Source of the DNA: Fistulifera solaris
Taxonomy: Eukaryota
Direction: 5' to 3'
Length of the DNA: 64,000 nt
Assembly: GCA_030295235.1 (NCBI GenBank)
Contig: AP026123.1
Coordinates: forward strand, 310,001-374,000
This document shows positions 9,495 to 22,799 of this stretch, in pieces. Numbering within the stretch: position 1 is the stretch's first letter; every line of letters starts with the position of its first letter. Both the position numbers and the translations under genes were made by a program. The notes beneath the pieces are model-generated. The model worked only from the letters and a program-made list of their open reading frames with translations. It ran no database searches and was not told the DNA's origin.

Positions 9495-12400
9495 ATGTCC
9501 GCAAAGGCAGTCCGCGAATATCACGGCAAAAAACTCATTGCTCGTCATGTCGCTGCACTCTCCGAGCACCGCATCGATGATCGTTCCGTACTAGTCACTC
9601 CCGATACGGATCTTCGAACCCCGCCAGAACCATGGTTAACCGAGACGAGACTGGTGGTGAAACCGGATCAGTTAATTAAAAGACGCGGAAAGGCTGGTCT
9701 TGTGGGCATCAATTTAGATTGGCCAGGCGTTGTGCAGTGGATCTCCGAACGCATGGGCCAGGAGCAACAAATAGAACAGGTCGTTGGCGTGTTAGATCAT
9801 TTCATTGTGGAACCCTTTGTTTTTCATCAGCAACAGGATGAGTATTACGTGTGTATTCACAGCAATCGAGAAGGTGAAGAAATTCTTTTCACGGCCGAAG
9901 GAGGTGTGGATGTTGGAGACGTCGACGCAAAGGCGCAACGGCTCTTGGTGCCCATCGATGACAAGAGTCTTTCTGTCGAACGGTTTCTTCCGATTTTAAA
10001 CGGAGTCTCGGAAGATCGTGTGGGAAAACTCGCTTCTTTTCTATTGACTTTACTGAATGTCTACCGAAAGCTAAACTTTGTCTACATGGAGATCAATCCT
10101 TTGGTTTACATGAGCGATGGAAGAATCGCCCCGCTCGACTTGGCGGCTAAGATTGATGAGACTGCAGCTTTTTTGAATGCAACAGACTGGGGACACCTGG
10201 ATTTCCCTGCCCCCTTTGGACGCAAAGATTATCCAGAAGAGTCGTACATTCGCGAACTTGATTCGAAAACGGGTGCTTCCTTGAAGTTGACGATCTTGAA
10301 TCCGAACGGTAGGATTTGGACGATGGTCGCTGGTGGCGGCGCCAGTGTAGTATATGCGGATACTATTTCAGATTTGGGGTACGGTAACGAGGTAAGACAG
10401 ACAAATAGCTAAGGCTCTCGATTCCGTGTTGCATCTTTTCTTACGCTTTTCAAAATAGATTGCCAACTATGGCGAATACTCGGGAGCTCCTAGTACAGAG
10501 CATACCTATGAGTACGCCAAGACGCTAATCAGCTTGATGACAAAGGAAAAAGATCCTAGGGGTAAAATCTTTCTCATCGGTGGTGGAATAGCGAACTTCA
10601 CCGATGTCGCAGCTACATTCACTGGACTGATCAAAGCGATGCACGCATTCCAAGAAGAATTAAAGCTTCACAACATACAGATTTGGGTTCGTCGTGCGGG
10701 TCCCAACTACCAAGAGGGTCTTCAGCTGATGCGGACGTGCGGGAAGGAGACTGATCTGCCTATTCACATCTATGGGCCAGAAACGCACGTGACCGCTATA
10801 GTTCCCCTTGCTCTTGGTTTGGAAAAGGTAGAAAATATTCCTGAATTCGACGATCCCGGTCATCTAGACGCCAATCGAAAAGAGAAAGCAACGAAGAAAA
10901 TCCTAAAAAGAAACAGAAACGCCCCGATTATGTTGGGCAAGTTGCAGATCACGAAGCCGACCACAAGGTAGAGAATTTCACTGCCATGACGAGATGCGTG
11001 GTGTACGGCCTACAAAATCGGGCGGTGCAGGGTATGCTTGATTTTGATTTTATGTGTAAAAGAGCGAAACCTTCTGTGGCGGCAATGATTTTCCCTTTGC
11101 AGCCAATCATTTCGTGAAGTTCTATTGGGGGACAGACGAGATTTTAATGCCTGTCTACCAGAGTACAGAGGAAGCTTTGAGCAAACACAAAGAGGTTACA
11201 GTAGTCGTGAACTTTGCATCGTTTCGATCGGTCTATGATTCTGTTATGGAGATTCTCGAATACTCAAACCAGATTAAAACAATTGCGATCATTGCAGAAG
11301 GTGTTCCAGAATCGCAGACTCGCGCGTTCATCAAAGTTGCGAGTGAGAGAAATGTTGGGATTATTGGACCAGCAACTGTTGGTGGAATAAAGCCTGGATG
11401 TTTTCGAATTGGTAATACAGGTGGGATGCTTGATAACATAGTCATGTCGAAACTCTACAGACCTGGCTCCGTTGCGTATGTGTCTCGATCGGGTGGTTTA
11501 TCAAACGAGTTAAACAATCTGATTTGCCGAAATTCTGATGGTGTGTATGAGGGTGTCGCAATAGGAGGAGACCGATATCCAGGATCTCGTTTCATCGATC
11601 ATCTCCTTCGCTACAACGACAATCCGAACGTGCACATCCTTGTTCTATTAGGAGAGGTTGGTGGCGTCGATGAATACCAGGTTTGTGAGGCATTGAAAGA
11701 AGGTCGAATCTCAAAGCCGATGGTGGCATGGTGCATCGGCACGTGCGCGTCGATTTTTCCCTTCGAAGTTCAATTCGGACATGCAGGCGCATTAGCCCAC
11801 GGAGACCTGGAGACTGCGCGTGCCAAGAACCAGGCCCTGAAGGAAGCTGGTGCTCATGTTCCTGAAAACTTCTTTGAGTTTGGAAACACCCTAAAGCAGC
11901 TGTACCAATCTCTCGTTGATGCCGGGACACTGGTACCACAGCCCGAGCCGGAGCCTCCAAAGATTCCTATGGACTATTCATGGGCGAAACGTTTGGGCCT
12001 TGTCCGAAAGCCCGCTCAATTCATTTCGTCTATCTCTGACGACAGGGGCGAAGAGCTCACCTATAGCGGAATGCCGATAAGTGAAATATTTGAAAGAGAT
12101 CTCGGTATCGGTGGAGTATTGTCGCTCTTGTGGTTTCGCCGACAGCTTCCCCCCTTACGCCACAAAGTTTATCGAGATGATTTTGATGATTACAGCCGAT
12201 CATGGCCCGGCTGTATCGGGGGCACATAACACAATTGTTGCGACGCGTGCCGGTAAGGACCTAGTGTCTTCCCTTGCGAGTGGTCTATTGACAATTGGGC
12301 CTCGTTTTGGCGGGGCACTAGATGATGCAGCAATAATGTTTACCGAAGCAAGCGATGCTGGGCTTGATGCCGAGCAGTTTGTGAAAGATATGCGAAAACA

Positions 12401-12863
12401 GAACAAGCTAGTCATGGGAATAGGCCACAGAATCAAATCACTGACGAATCCGGACAAGCGTGTCGAAATCATCAAGAAGTATGCGCTCGAGAACTTTTCG
12501 GGCAATACTGTACTGGAGGTAAGCTACTGTTTTTTTTTCTCGGTCTTCGCAAGTGCAATTGACTCAACTTTTTTGTAGTTTGCCCTTGCGGTGGAACAAG
12601 TGACAACAAAGAAGAAAGCAAATCTAATTCTGAACGTAGATGGCTGTATCGCGGTCTGCTTCGTCGATATGCTGCGTACGTGTGGTGCATTCTCCAATCA
12701 AGAGGCTGACGAAATAATCAAAAATGGGAGTCTAAACGGTCTTTTCGTATTGGGTCGATCGATGGGTTTCATCGGCCATTTCCTGGATCAGAGAAGACTG
12801 AAGCAGGGATTGTATCGGCATCCTTGGGATGACATCAGTTACCTCGATACAACTGACGTCTAA
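9495..12863 (+). CDS. ACLY: ATP-citrate lyase (fused beta+alpha polypeptide)
   Basis: Motifs [67 protein letters not shown] (phospho-His), [13 protein letters not shown] and LYRHPWDDI. Introns 10392-10458 and 12519-12578. Homopolymer frameshifts near 10900, 11098 and 12150. Confidence 0.97.
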
Positions 12864-12964
12864 ATACTCTCATCAATAAACGATGTATATATTTACTAAT
12901 TAATCGACTAGGACTTGGACTGGTGCGCTATCGCGCTAAACACCTATTAGTATGGAAAACGAAC

Positions 12965-13641
12965 TCAAGCGCTTAGAATCTGAATGACTGCTTCGGCGCA
13001 CGCATCACTGGACTGGGGATTCTGGCCCGTCACCAAGTTTCCATCCGCACACGCCTTCGATTGCCAATCCTCCGCCTTTTCATACTTTGCTCCAAGTTCC
13101 TTGAATCGCGTTTCCAGCAAAAGGGAACAATGCCCTGCAGTTGCACCGCCAACTCTTCCGAATCGGCAAACCCCGTCACCACTTTGTCTTGCACGAGCGG
13201 AGTACCATCGGGCTTGTGGCATTGCGCGAGACCGATCGGACCATGACAGTCCGCTGCCACAACTTTACCGGCTGCGTATACCGTTTCAATGGCATGTTTG
13301 AGGACAGGGTTATCGATAAAGTCGACACAAGTACCGTGTCCTCCAGCCAAATAGATAGCATCGACGGATTGCCAGTCAATGTCGTCCAGTTTCTTCGTAT
13401 GACTGAGTGCGCCGACAGCGGCCGCATCGTGCATAAACTTCTTGCTAGCATCCGTAAAGAATCCTTCCTCTAGACTGTTTTGGTCAATGGGAACGGCCCC
13501 GCCTGCTGGTGAAGCCAAGATAACTTCGTAGCCTTGTTCGAGGAAGGCGTAATACGGAGTCGCGCATTCCTCCAACCACAAGCCCGTAGGATGACCTTTG
13601 AGTTCCGATGCGCTAGTGCAAACCAAGACGACTTTCACCAT
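12965..13641 (-). CDS. DJ-1/PfpI family (Hsp31-like glyoxalase III / type 1 GATase-like) protein, copy 1
   Basis: Motifs TGLWLEECATPY, AIYLAGGHG, AADCHGP (nucleophile Cys) and DGNLVTGQNPQSS. One T is missing near 13120. Confidence 0.93.
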
Positions 13642-14068
13642 TGTTATGTTATAGAAGTGTTAATCACTTTACGATTAAATAATTCAGCCTGTCAAGATTT
13701 GTTCATTATAATCTTTTCGAGGTGACGAAAGAATGAATAACGTCGTGGCATTCATCAAAGAAATCTAAAAAGATCCTGTAGCCTATAACCATAGCCTTAG
13801 TTGACGAGTAACTCGGTCGTCGAGCCTAACGCAGCTCTTGGTAGTCTAAACTAGAGATTTCTTTGCTCTAGAAAGATTGATTTCAATAACTTTAGCAAGA
13901 GCAAGCTCGGGCTACAGAACTCGTGGTAAAGTTCTAGAGAACAATGAGTGTCAAATGAAAACCATCTAATTTTATAAAAACAATTATTTTGGGGGACATG
14001 TCGCACTCCAAGAGCCGCCTTCCAACATCCTACAGAAGCAATTTGACACTCCAGCATCACTGCATGGC

Positions 14069-14482
14069 TTAATGCCCAAATCCGAAGCCACGATCGGGCC
14101 AGTGGCGTTGCTCCTCTTCATCTGCCGGCTCACCCTTCATGCTTCTACTTTTCTTGCTTTTCGGGGATGTCTCATAGTCACCACCCTTACCGCCCTTGCC
14201 TCCTTTTCCTCCCTTGCCACCTTTCTTCGAGGCAGAAACCGGAACATCATCGTCGTCGTCATGATGACCGAAATCTATGCCGTGATCGTCGTGAAAGATA
14301 CCGAAGAATTTCAGTTGGCGACGATGACGACGATGATGATGATCTGCATCCACATGAATGTGGGTTCGTAATTTTCTCCTCTTCACATGTCGCACTTGCG
14401 GGGATGACTCGACGGCTTCATCAGATGCGTGCGCAACAGCAGCGATGAGACCGAGAACGAAGACAGAGAAGAAAGCTTTCAT
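14069..14482 (-). CDS. small secreted His/Asp/Lys/Gly-rich protein, silaffin-like
   Basis: Signal peptide MKAFFSVFVLGLIAAVAHA, RKL and RQL motifs, poly-His, poly-Asp, (KGG)5 and KSKKSRS. Confidence 0.75.
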   Translation of the reverse strand: MKAFFSVFVLGLIAAVAHASDEAVESSPQVRHVKRRKLRTHIHVDADHHHRRHRRQLKFFGIFHDDHGIDFGHHDDDDDVPVSASKKGGKGGKGGKGGKGGDYETSPKSKKSRSMKGEPADEEEQRHWPDRGFGFGH

Positions 14483-15262
14483 GGTGCACGCTCAGCTTGG
14501 TGTTTTATGCAATCGTAAAACTTTTCCGAAAGAGAGTTCGCTTGACGCGGAAGACAACAATGACCGAAGATTCGGATATGTGGTATCTTGTTGCATAACG
14601 CCATTTTTCGCAATCAAACATTATAGAAGCATTTGGTCGTTGTTTCATTTGTTGATTGTGCGTCGAGAAAAATGTGAGCATCGTCACAAATTTCTTGACA
14701 AAAATTATTGTTGTTGATACGTTGATACGTCAACGGACACATAAATGGCACTGGACAGTACATTAAGATGCCTTGTAAATTCACTGCTATGCAGTGTATT
14801 GTGAACCTGCCATGATTGTGCGACATACGACTGAACCTCGATTCTACAGTCCCGGAAAAGTGACAATGTCTATCATGTGTTTATAACGCGACGGAACTGT
14901 AGTACCGTATCTATCCACTTCTACAATATTGCTCATGGTAACTAGCCCCCAAGTGAAATTACTAAGAATTACACAGAATGCAGATCCATAAAAAAAGGCA
15001 CATTGTGGTTAGCAAAGTCTCACGATTTCGGCATAGGAGTAAGTAGACTCCTATGATTACAGCGTTCATTATTCCAAGTGTAGGGGCCTGGATTTTCGGT
15101 ATAGATATATGTAAATAATGTAAAATTAGTTATGATTGATGAAACTTTTTGGCATGGGCAAACAACAAGACTTCCCTCCCAAAAGTCTCTGCCGGAAAAT
15201 CGATATGCTCCGCATCTTCATGACTGTCTGTCACTATGATAATCCTATCATTCCAATGTGTT

Positions 15263-15939
15263 CTAGTGGCTAAGGATATCGATGACAGCAGAAGCACAAG
15301 CCGAAGAGCTTTGAGGGTTCTGTCCCGTCACGATATTATTGTCAGTGCAAGCTCGGGAATGGAAATCCTCCGCTTTCTCAAACTTTGCTCCAAGTTCTTT
15401 AAAGCGACTTTCAATCAAGAAAGGAACAGCGTCTTGTAACTGCATCGCATATTCCTCAGAATCCGAGTACGCGGTGACCGATTTGCCTTGCACCAAAGGT
15501 GTTCCGTCGGACTTCTTGCACTGAGCAAGAGCAATAGGACCGTGACAATCGGCTGCAACAACTTTGTCCGCCGCATAAATGGTTTCGATTGCGCTTTTCA
15601 ATGTGGGGTTATCCACAAAGTCCACACAAGCGCCATGCCCCCCAGCTAGATAAATCGCATCAACAGAATTCCAATCAATGTCATCGAGTTTCTTGGTGTG
15701 ACAAAGGGCGGCAACAGCGGCTGCATCGTGCATGAACTTTTGCTAGCATCCGTGAAGTATTCATCACCCAAGCTGTTCTCATCGATAGGGACGGCCCCTC
15801 CAGCTGGAGAAGCTAAGATGACTTCGTAGCCCTTTTCGAGGAAGGCATAATAAGGTGTCGCGCATTCTTCCAACCACAAGCCCGTTGGATGCCCATTCAA
15901 TTCAGGGGCACTCGTGCAAACCAAAACAACTTTCACCAT
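15263..15939 (-). CDS. DJ-1/PfpI family protein, copy 2
   Basis: Close paralog of 12965-13641 with the same catalytic motifs. One A is missing near 15738, splitting the ORF. Confidence 0.93.
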
Positions 15940-16521
15940 TTTACAATTTTTCAGTCCTCAAACAATGTTCAGTACCAGCAATCGAGAAGATAATTTGTGC
16001 TGACTGATGCGCGTTAAGGAACGTGGTACGTGTTCGCATCGAAAGTCTTCAGAGAAATTACCTGGTACCAGCGATCGAATTCGCTTCTCAAATCGAAATT
16101 GCCCAGAAAAATGTTGCACCTAATCTGCAATAATGAGCTATTGCGGATCAGTTCGCACCTGATGTACCGACACATAAGGTGATCCTTCACTGAACGAGGG
16201 AAAACCGTCGCTACACACTGGACTGATTTCCCAACATTATGCCAATACGAAGTGAGACACCAGACATCAACGACTAAATGCTGGGAAGCGTTTCAACCAT
16301 GAGAAGAGATTCATGCATCGCGCATCTCAAGAAGATAGATCGAAGTTATTGTGAATGATGAAGCGATCCTTTCAGCGGCTAGGCGCTGTTCGATTGGAGT
16401 CGAATCGCGCTTTATCGATATAGACTTGTCGTCACTGGAAGAAGTTGAGAGCGACGAATGCCGCAAGAGTGAAAATGAGGCCAGTTTGGTCAAGGAGAGA
16501 CATTTGGCTCCTTATAAAAAC

Positions 16522-17819
16522 TCATGAATTCCGCAATACCGATGCAATCTTTTCCGACAGTGGATTTCGCACTGAAGCAAATGCTTCAATCACTGTAGCA
16601 CCATCCGTGAGTCCACTCAACATGAGAAGATCGCGCATGGCAAGATCAACAACACGAGACCGACCGTCTTTATTGGTTTTGTATTCATCATAGCACTGGT
16701 AATGTTTTGGATCCGCTAAGTCGACGTCGTCGGTCACAATCCACATCCAGTGCTCCAGGCTCCAGCTGAGGTACACGGGTAGTAAGTAGTTCTCACGCAA
16801 ACAGGCATAGAACAAGACGATGTGCTCCCGAACGAATTCGAAATCCATCATCATCAAAATCGACCCTTTGGTCAAGGGACCGAGTCCAGCGAGTTGCTGT
16901 TGAAGGTGTTGATTGCTCTTTGCACTATCAATCGAAATGAGAGCTACGGGACGATGACCTAATGCCTCCGGATTGAGTGTCTCTTTACTGATAAAGCCTT
17001 GCCGTGAGATGACTGTAGGAAAGGTCGGCTTGACGCCGTATTCCCAAAGGAAATGAAAGTTGTCATTTTGTTGCGTATATTCCGGGTGTTCGTCTTTGAG
17101 CCACGGGTGCATTCTCTGTATAGCTCTAAAATTCATCAACCCGCTAAAGGTGTCGTAGACAAATAAAGTATTCTCTTTGACTCCATTTTTGCGCATTCCG
17201 ACCGCAATGCATTTCGTTGACAAACCCAAAAGGGTCCTAACTCCACAACAACATTATTGGGATCTTTTGTTGCGGCGAAACCAGCCAGCGTGAGAGGAAT
17301 ACAAGCCATATTCGTGCCGAGACCATTGTGTTGTCTTCCATTGGGATAATGCGTCAGATTATAGATATTCATCTGCGGATCGTCCTCCCACAACACAGTG
17401 GGTATTTCATGTGCTGTATGGTCGGGATGTTGACTGTAATGCGCATACCCTCCAAAACATATGTTGTCCTTGGTGTGGCGAATGCACGCCTTTCTCCGTT
17501 GCACTTCGGCAGATGGTGACGTGTGTAAGTGTTGTCGCAATAGTTGAACGAGAATAGCAGCGGGAGTGTCTGGGTTTTGATACACAAAATCATTCAGCTC
17601 CTTCAATGACGTTGCCGGCGATTGCGAGGTAACCACAGACTCGAGTGTATTTTTGAGAGCGGGAAGAAAGTCGAGGTCTATCGAAATTTGCGGGGCATTC
17701 ATCCACAGATGTCGGGTGTTGATTAGAAAGACGACGTCGGCGACCAAGATGAAAATGAAAAGAACACGGATGAAGAAGGAAAAGGTCCCTCGCAGAGAGC
17801 AAATGCTTGCGCGCGTCAT
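16522..17819 (-). CDS. membrane-anchored class I SAM-dependent methyltransferase-like protein
   Basis: N-terminal TM segment, VVVELGPF.GLST (motif I), LFVYDTF and ISIDSAK. Frameshift near 17228 joins the two ORFs. Confidence 0.65.
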
Positions 17820-19007
17820 CCTTTTTATCGATTCCGGGCCGATTCTCCCCGCCTTTCAAAGAATAACCAACGTCGGCTCTTCACACAAGACCCGTACAGC
17901 AAGTAAATCGGTGAGGATGCAAAATACGCAAGGAAATGCCGCAGAGAATATAGTACGGACTAAAAACGCAAACAGTAACAAAATATAGGTCTACAAAAAG
18001 CAGCGCGAAAAATAGTGTGTTTTAACCGGTACTCGCTACGACACTTAGACCGCGAATAAACCAATCGTGCGACATTGGGCGACATTTTAAGGGCTGGTCA
18101 CTGGTCACACGTCGGGAGGGACTGGAAAAATTGCGCTGTAGATTTGTACCAGATTTCTACGTATGTACATACAAACCTATAGTAGAGGTACCAAAAATTC
18201 GACGCGACAATTACACGACGACCATGGCGAAATGACAATTCATGCGCTTCTATCTCTTGCTAGAAGTTAAACCAGCGGTTCAATTTGACACCATTGACTT
18301 AAAACCATCAAAGGGAAGATAGTTGCGAAAATTTGAACCGCTGGAACGCTAAAATAGCTGAGATATCCGCTTTCAAGTAAATTTGTGTCTCGTGGATGAT
18401 TGGCTTCTCTTCTTTATGCCATGATTCGAGCAATTATTACAATGATCAAAACATCATTAAATCCTTCTTTATCTTTATGTTTCAACTGTACATTATCACG
18501 GTGATTTGTCGATAGCGCAGCAAGTGACATCGCGACAACAGCAAGACGACCATCGTCGGTGACCATTCATATGACTGTATCTGCTGATAAACGCGTCAAA
18601 TCTCTCTCATATTCAACAAAAATAAGCGTCTTACGCTTGAAAAGCATCCTGTCGAAAATGAGAGAAACTGAAGCTACAGTAGAGAAGATTTTCTTTGTCG
18701 CGCAAACTTGCTGTCACTGCCTTTATTAGTTTTCAAGGTTTTCTCTACAACCCAAGCACTTATGGCCAAAATAACAGCACCATTAAATCCGCCTCTTAAC
18801 GGTCAATTGACCTATGAAAGATCTCATCGATTGGGCTACAGCGCATTGATTGATTGTCTACCATGTTAGACCTTGCAGCTTGCGGTATTTTCATTCAGAC
18901 GCTTTCGTGATTCAAGCTTCACTATACTCCGTAATATTTAGTGTACAAGCACGTATTATCGCGGAGCGCATTTTTCGTGAAACCGCAGCCCTTATTGATT
19001 TCGCAAA

Positions 19008-22000
19008 ATGGACGAACCTTTCATTGCAATGTGTTTATTCATCATTCATCATCAAACAGTTCGTTGGTACAAAATATTACGATGTACCATGAGAACATCA
19101 CTCAAGATGCCGCTTTGACAGGAACAATCCATTTTGTTTGCGAATTACGAAGGCCGGGAAAGAAGAGAAAGCATACCGAAACGCGCGGCCCTCAGATTGT
19201 CGGCTGGAGTTTTCGATGTCACCATGGAGTCGAGTATCTGCTGTCTTTTCCCATTCGCTGCTATCACAATGCTTTACGTGCATGGCAGCAAAGCCTTGTG
19301 GTTCACTTGGAGAAATTTACCTTAGTCCCCATATCGACGACGACCAGATTCGACCATCTCATCGAAGTGCACGAGGACGGGCTCATCGTACCTGCAATCC
19401 GAAACCAAGCCAGAGACGCGCGTCTTGACAAAGATAACGCCTGGACTCTGGCCCAGATATCACTCAAAGAAGCTTTGGATATTCATCTGCAACGACAAGT
19501 ACAGAATTACCGCTCATACAAAGACTCGCAGTCACGGAAATACTCGTTTCGAGCAACCATTCAAGCTGTTACGCCCATCTTTACTTTGGACCCCTCCGAT
19601 CCGTTTTGTTTGCTTCCAAGTCGAAGATGAAGGATATCGATCTGTATTAGTGCTTCAAAAAGAGGCCCTGGCGTGCAGTACATTGTTGATTCCGGGGGAT
19701 ACCTGTTACTTTTGCGACGTCACTCGAATCGCATGGAAAGTTCCTGACGAACTGAATCAAGAGCGCTTTGCCCATTTGCAAGCAAACGTCCCAACGCATG
19801 TTTTTGTCGCTCACAACAGAGACCAAATTGCTATCTTGAATAGTCCTCAGCGGTCTGAAGTGTCTCCATCGCTCACTGGTTGTATCACACGCGTTCACAG
19901 CGTGCATTCACAAAACTCGTACCCGGGCAGCGTTTCGATTCAATACATCGACTTGATTACCGAAGACGGGACCGACTGCAGGCTCTATCTCGAATATTTC
20001 CCCATGTCCTCCACCTTGCAACTAAGCTTACGAAGTGGAATTACTATCATGGCCACCAACATACATGAGCTAGGGCAAGGGCATTTTGCAGCGTGCTCAC
20101 GATCGAGCATTCATGTTCAAAGCATGCGACCTGATCTACCTTTTGGAACTCATCTGAACTTGCGGTCGATCGTTTTACTCCCTTGACTTACACGCGAATA
20201 CGGAAAACGTGCTATGACACAGCTTTGTCCACTCTGTTGTCTGAATTTCTCGATGGGTTCGACCGTATCGACGCTCCCAGTGTCCGGCATTGGGCGCGTA
20301 GCTGGCTACAACATCATGGAGTTATCAGCAGTAGTGCCACCCCACCTCCCTCGACGAAATGTGTATGCAGAATTCTTTGATCATCAGGATGAGGCGGTGG
20401 ATGTAGACGACGACGGTGCCGAACGATCCGGATGCCATTTGAGCCGGGACCTGCAAAGGGCACCCAAATTGCCCTTCCTAATACAACTGAACGATATTCG
20501 AAACGAAGCGATTCGTGTCCTTCAAGATAGGTTAGATCGTTACATTGCAAATAATCGTGTTCGGGTAGGATGGAGTGCTTCGTTCACGTTGGGTGCCGAG
20601 GATCTAAACGTCAACCTGAATCCCAGAAAGTGTTTGAATGCAGCAATTTATTCGGGTGGTGCTGTCGTGTCTGCTTCAGGACCTGTGCATACAAATGATG
20701 CAAGCATGTTGTTGTTAAGTATCAGCAATGGAAACACCGTTCTACCCATTGTTGTAGAGAGCAATGCTGATGTTTCGCCCCACACACATGCACTCTTTGG
20801 TTTGGAGAGTATCACTACGTCCGTCCTCTGCCTGGGTGCGAGTCCTAGAGGAGATAACGACGTACGGAGCGAAGGAGGGGCAGATGTCTGTATTCTTCCT
20901 GTGTTTGGTGGAGATAGTCGTTTCCATGGGCCGTGTGTTTTGATACGAGTGACAAATCAGAATTGGATATTCATTGCCAGTTTTCATATAGAAGCAAAGA
21001 CTCTCCTTAAGATATCTACTGACGAATCACCGATCGAAAGGGAAGCTGCCGAGACTCGACCGTGCCGCGCACCGGTACATTTGGGCGATGTAGCATTACC
21101 AACTTTCGACACGTCTCCTAATACAAGCGACCGGATGTGTGTCAGCTTGCTTGCGAGGAAACAGTTCGCTTTCATGCGATTGAAGAAGGGGAGCTACGGA
21201 GGCATCACACTTACTCTTGCACATATGCCTTTACGAAAAGCATCTATGGACGAAGTGAACGATCTTTCGGATCCACGCGGTGTGACTCTGCAATCCATTG
21301 ATTGTAGGCCTTTTCTTCTGTTGGACGAAGTTGCCACAAGGCAAATGGAAGCTTTCTTTTCTTGCTCGTCCATAGCAGCAACTGGTGTGCTGAGTGAGCA
21401 AATAGCCACAGCTCTAGCTTTTTGGAAAATCGCAAGCTCTGAAACACAATGCTTTCTGTTACATGGCGGTTTGGACGAATTGAGGTCCGGTGCAAGTACG
21501 TTTTGCCACAGTCGGAACATCACTGTCCTTGTGCCGCTAAACAATTTTCAACGCGATCCGAAACGAGGATATTTACGGATACGCTCCAATTTCAACGACA
21601 TTGTCGCTTTCCCCGTCGGTTCAGCGAAAAGATTTGCAAGGTCTGTCGATGAGAATGGTTTGTTCGAATACATCGGAGGCGGGAAGATGATTGCTGGTAT
21701 GTTGGGACGCCATCGTAATCGAAATCAGTATGGAGATATAGCGATTGGTGAGCTCACTTCCACGATATGGAGTCAAAGAGACGACGGGGTTCCTACTTGC
21801 TCGATTGGGGAAATGTTCCGAAGCCTTTGTCTTGACTTACAAAGCGGGACATGTACTCATTTAGCACCCTCTTTGACGCGTCGAGTGGTCGGCACTTTCT
21901 TGGGGGTTTCCTTCTGTCGGGCGATTGCTGAGTGTTCCGAATGCTATTCGCAGTTAGTAAAGAGCAAACACAAAGCCAAACAAAAGGCGGTGACCAGGAA

Positions 22001-22728
22001 GAACGTACGCTCCAGCACGAAGGTCAGTTTTGGAACCGTGCACTCCCTCCGAGTACGGATTCTATTAGTGAGACCAACAGCGAGATTCAGAGCACCGACA
22101 CGATTAGTATGAGCGATAAGGTTGAGCGTCCTGAGCCACCGACAAGGTCGATGATCTCAAGAATTTGATGATTTGCCCGAAACGTTGTGGTGGTCAAATA
22201 GCGATCAAATGGGAATGCAGCGGCACCCTGGATGATTCGACGGGCCAGGCAAAATTGTACGCCGAGCGAGACGCTGCCCTGTTATTACTAGGATTGACCA
22301 AACAGTATGTGTCCATGATAGAAGAAGGTGCATGGATGGAACCAAATGGTATAGTCTTTTCCAAAGCAATGGCACCGAATCCGTCGATCACGCATGCTAT
22401 TTCTCGCGCCAAGTATCGCGCCAAAGAGTCGCGTCGGGGCGGTAAAATTAGCGAAAACGTTGTCTTGCAGCACATGGAGCCGTTGGCTCGCGCCGAGTAT
22501 CTCTTGCAGCGCCATTGCCGATTCTCACCGGAACCAAGTCGCGATTTGATTTATTATGTTCTTTGCAAACCCATGGGTGACAATAATCTCCATCTCAAGC
22601 ACACAAACGTCGATCAAGTGTCGGATCAATCGGTTCCCACGTACACACTGCCGCCTTTGAAACTCGTTCTCGTCGACGGTCAAGCGGTCTCGTCAAGGGG
22701 GAGGCACTACGACAATGATGAGCAGTAA
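19008..22728 (+). CDS. large multi-OB-fold protein, CTC1-like (CST complex)
   Basis: Chain of same-strand overlapping ORFs totalling ~1200 aa. RLYLEYFP...LRSGITIMATNIH resembles a CTC1 OB motif. The C-terminal OB fold has Zn ligands (CSEC...CPKRC) and SGTLDDSTGQAKLYAERDAALLLLGL. The start is uncertain (ATG 19008 with an indel, or ATG 19082). Confidence 0.55.
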
Positions 22729-22799
22729 ACTGTTTTACTAGAGTATATTATTGGGTCTCATCTTTTTCACAGTGATTGTTTTAGTCCTAAAGCCTCATA

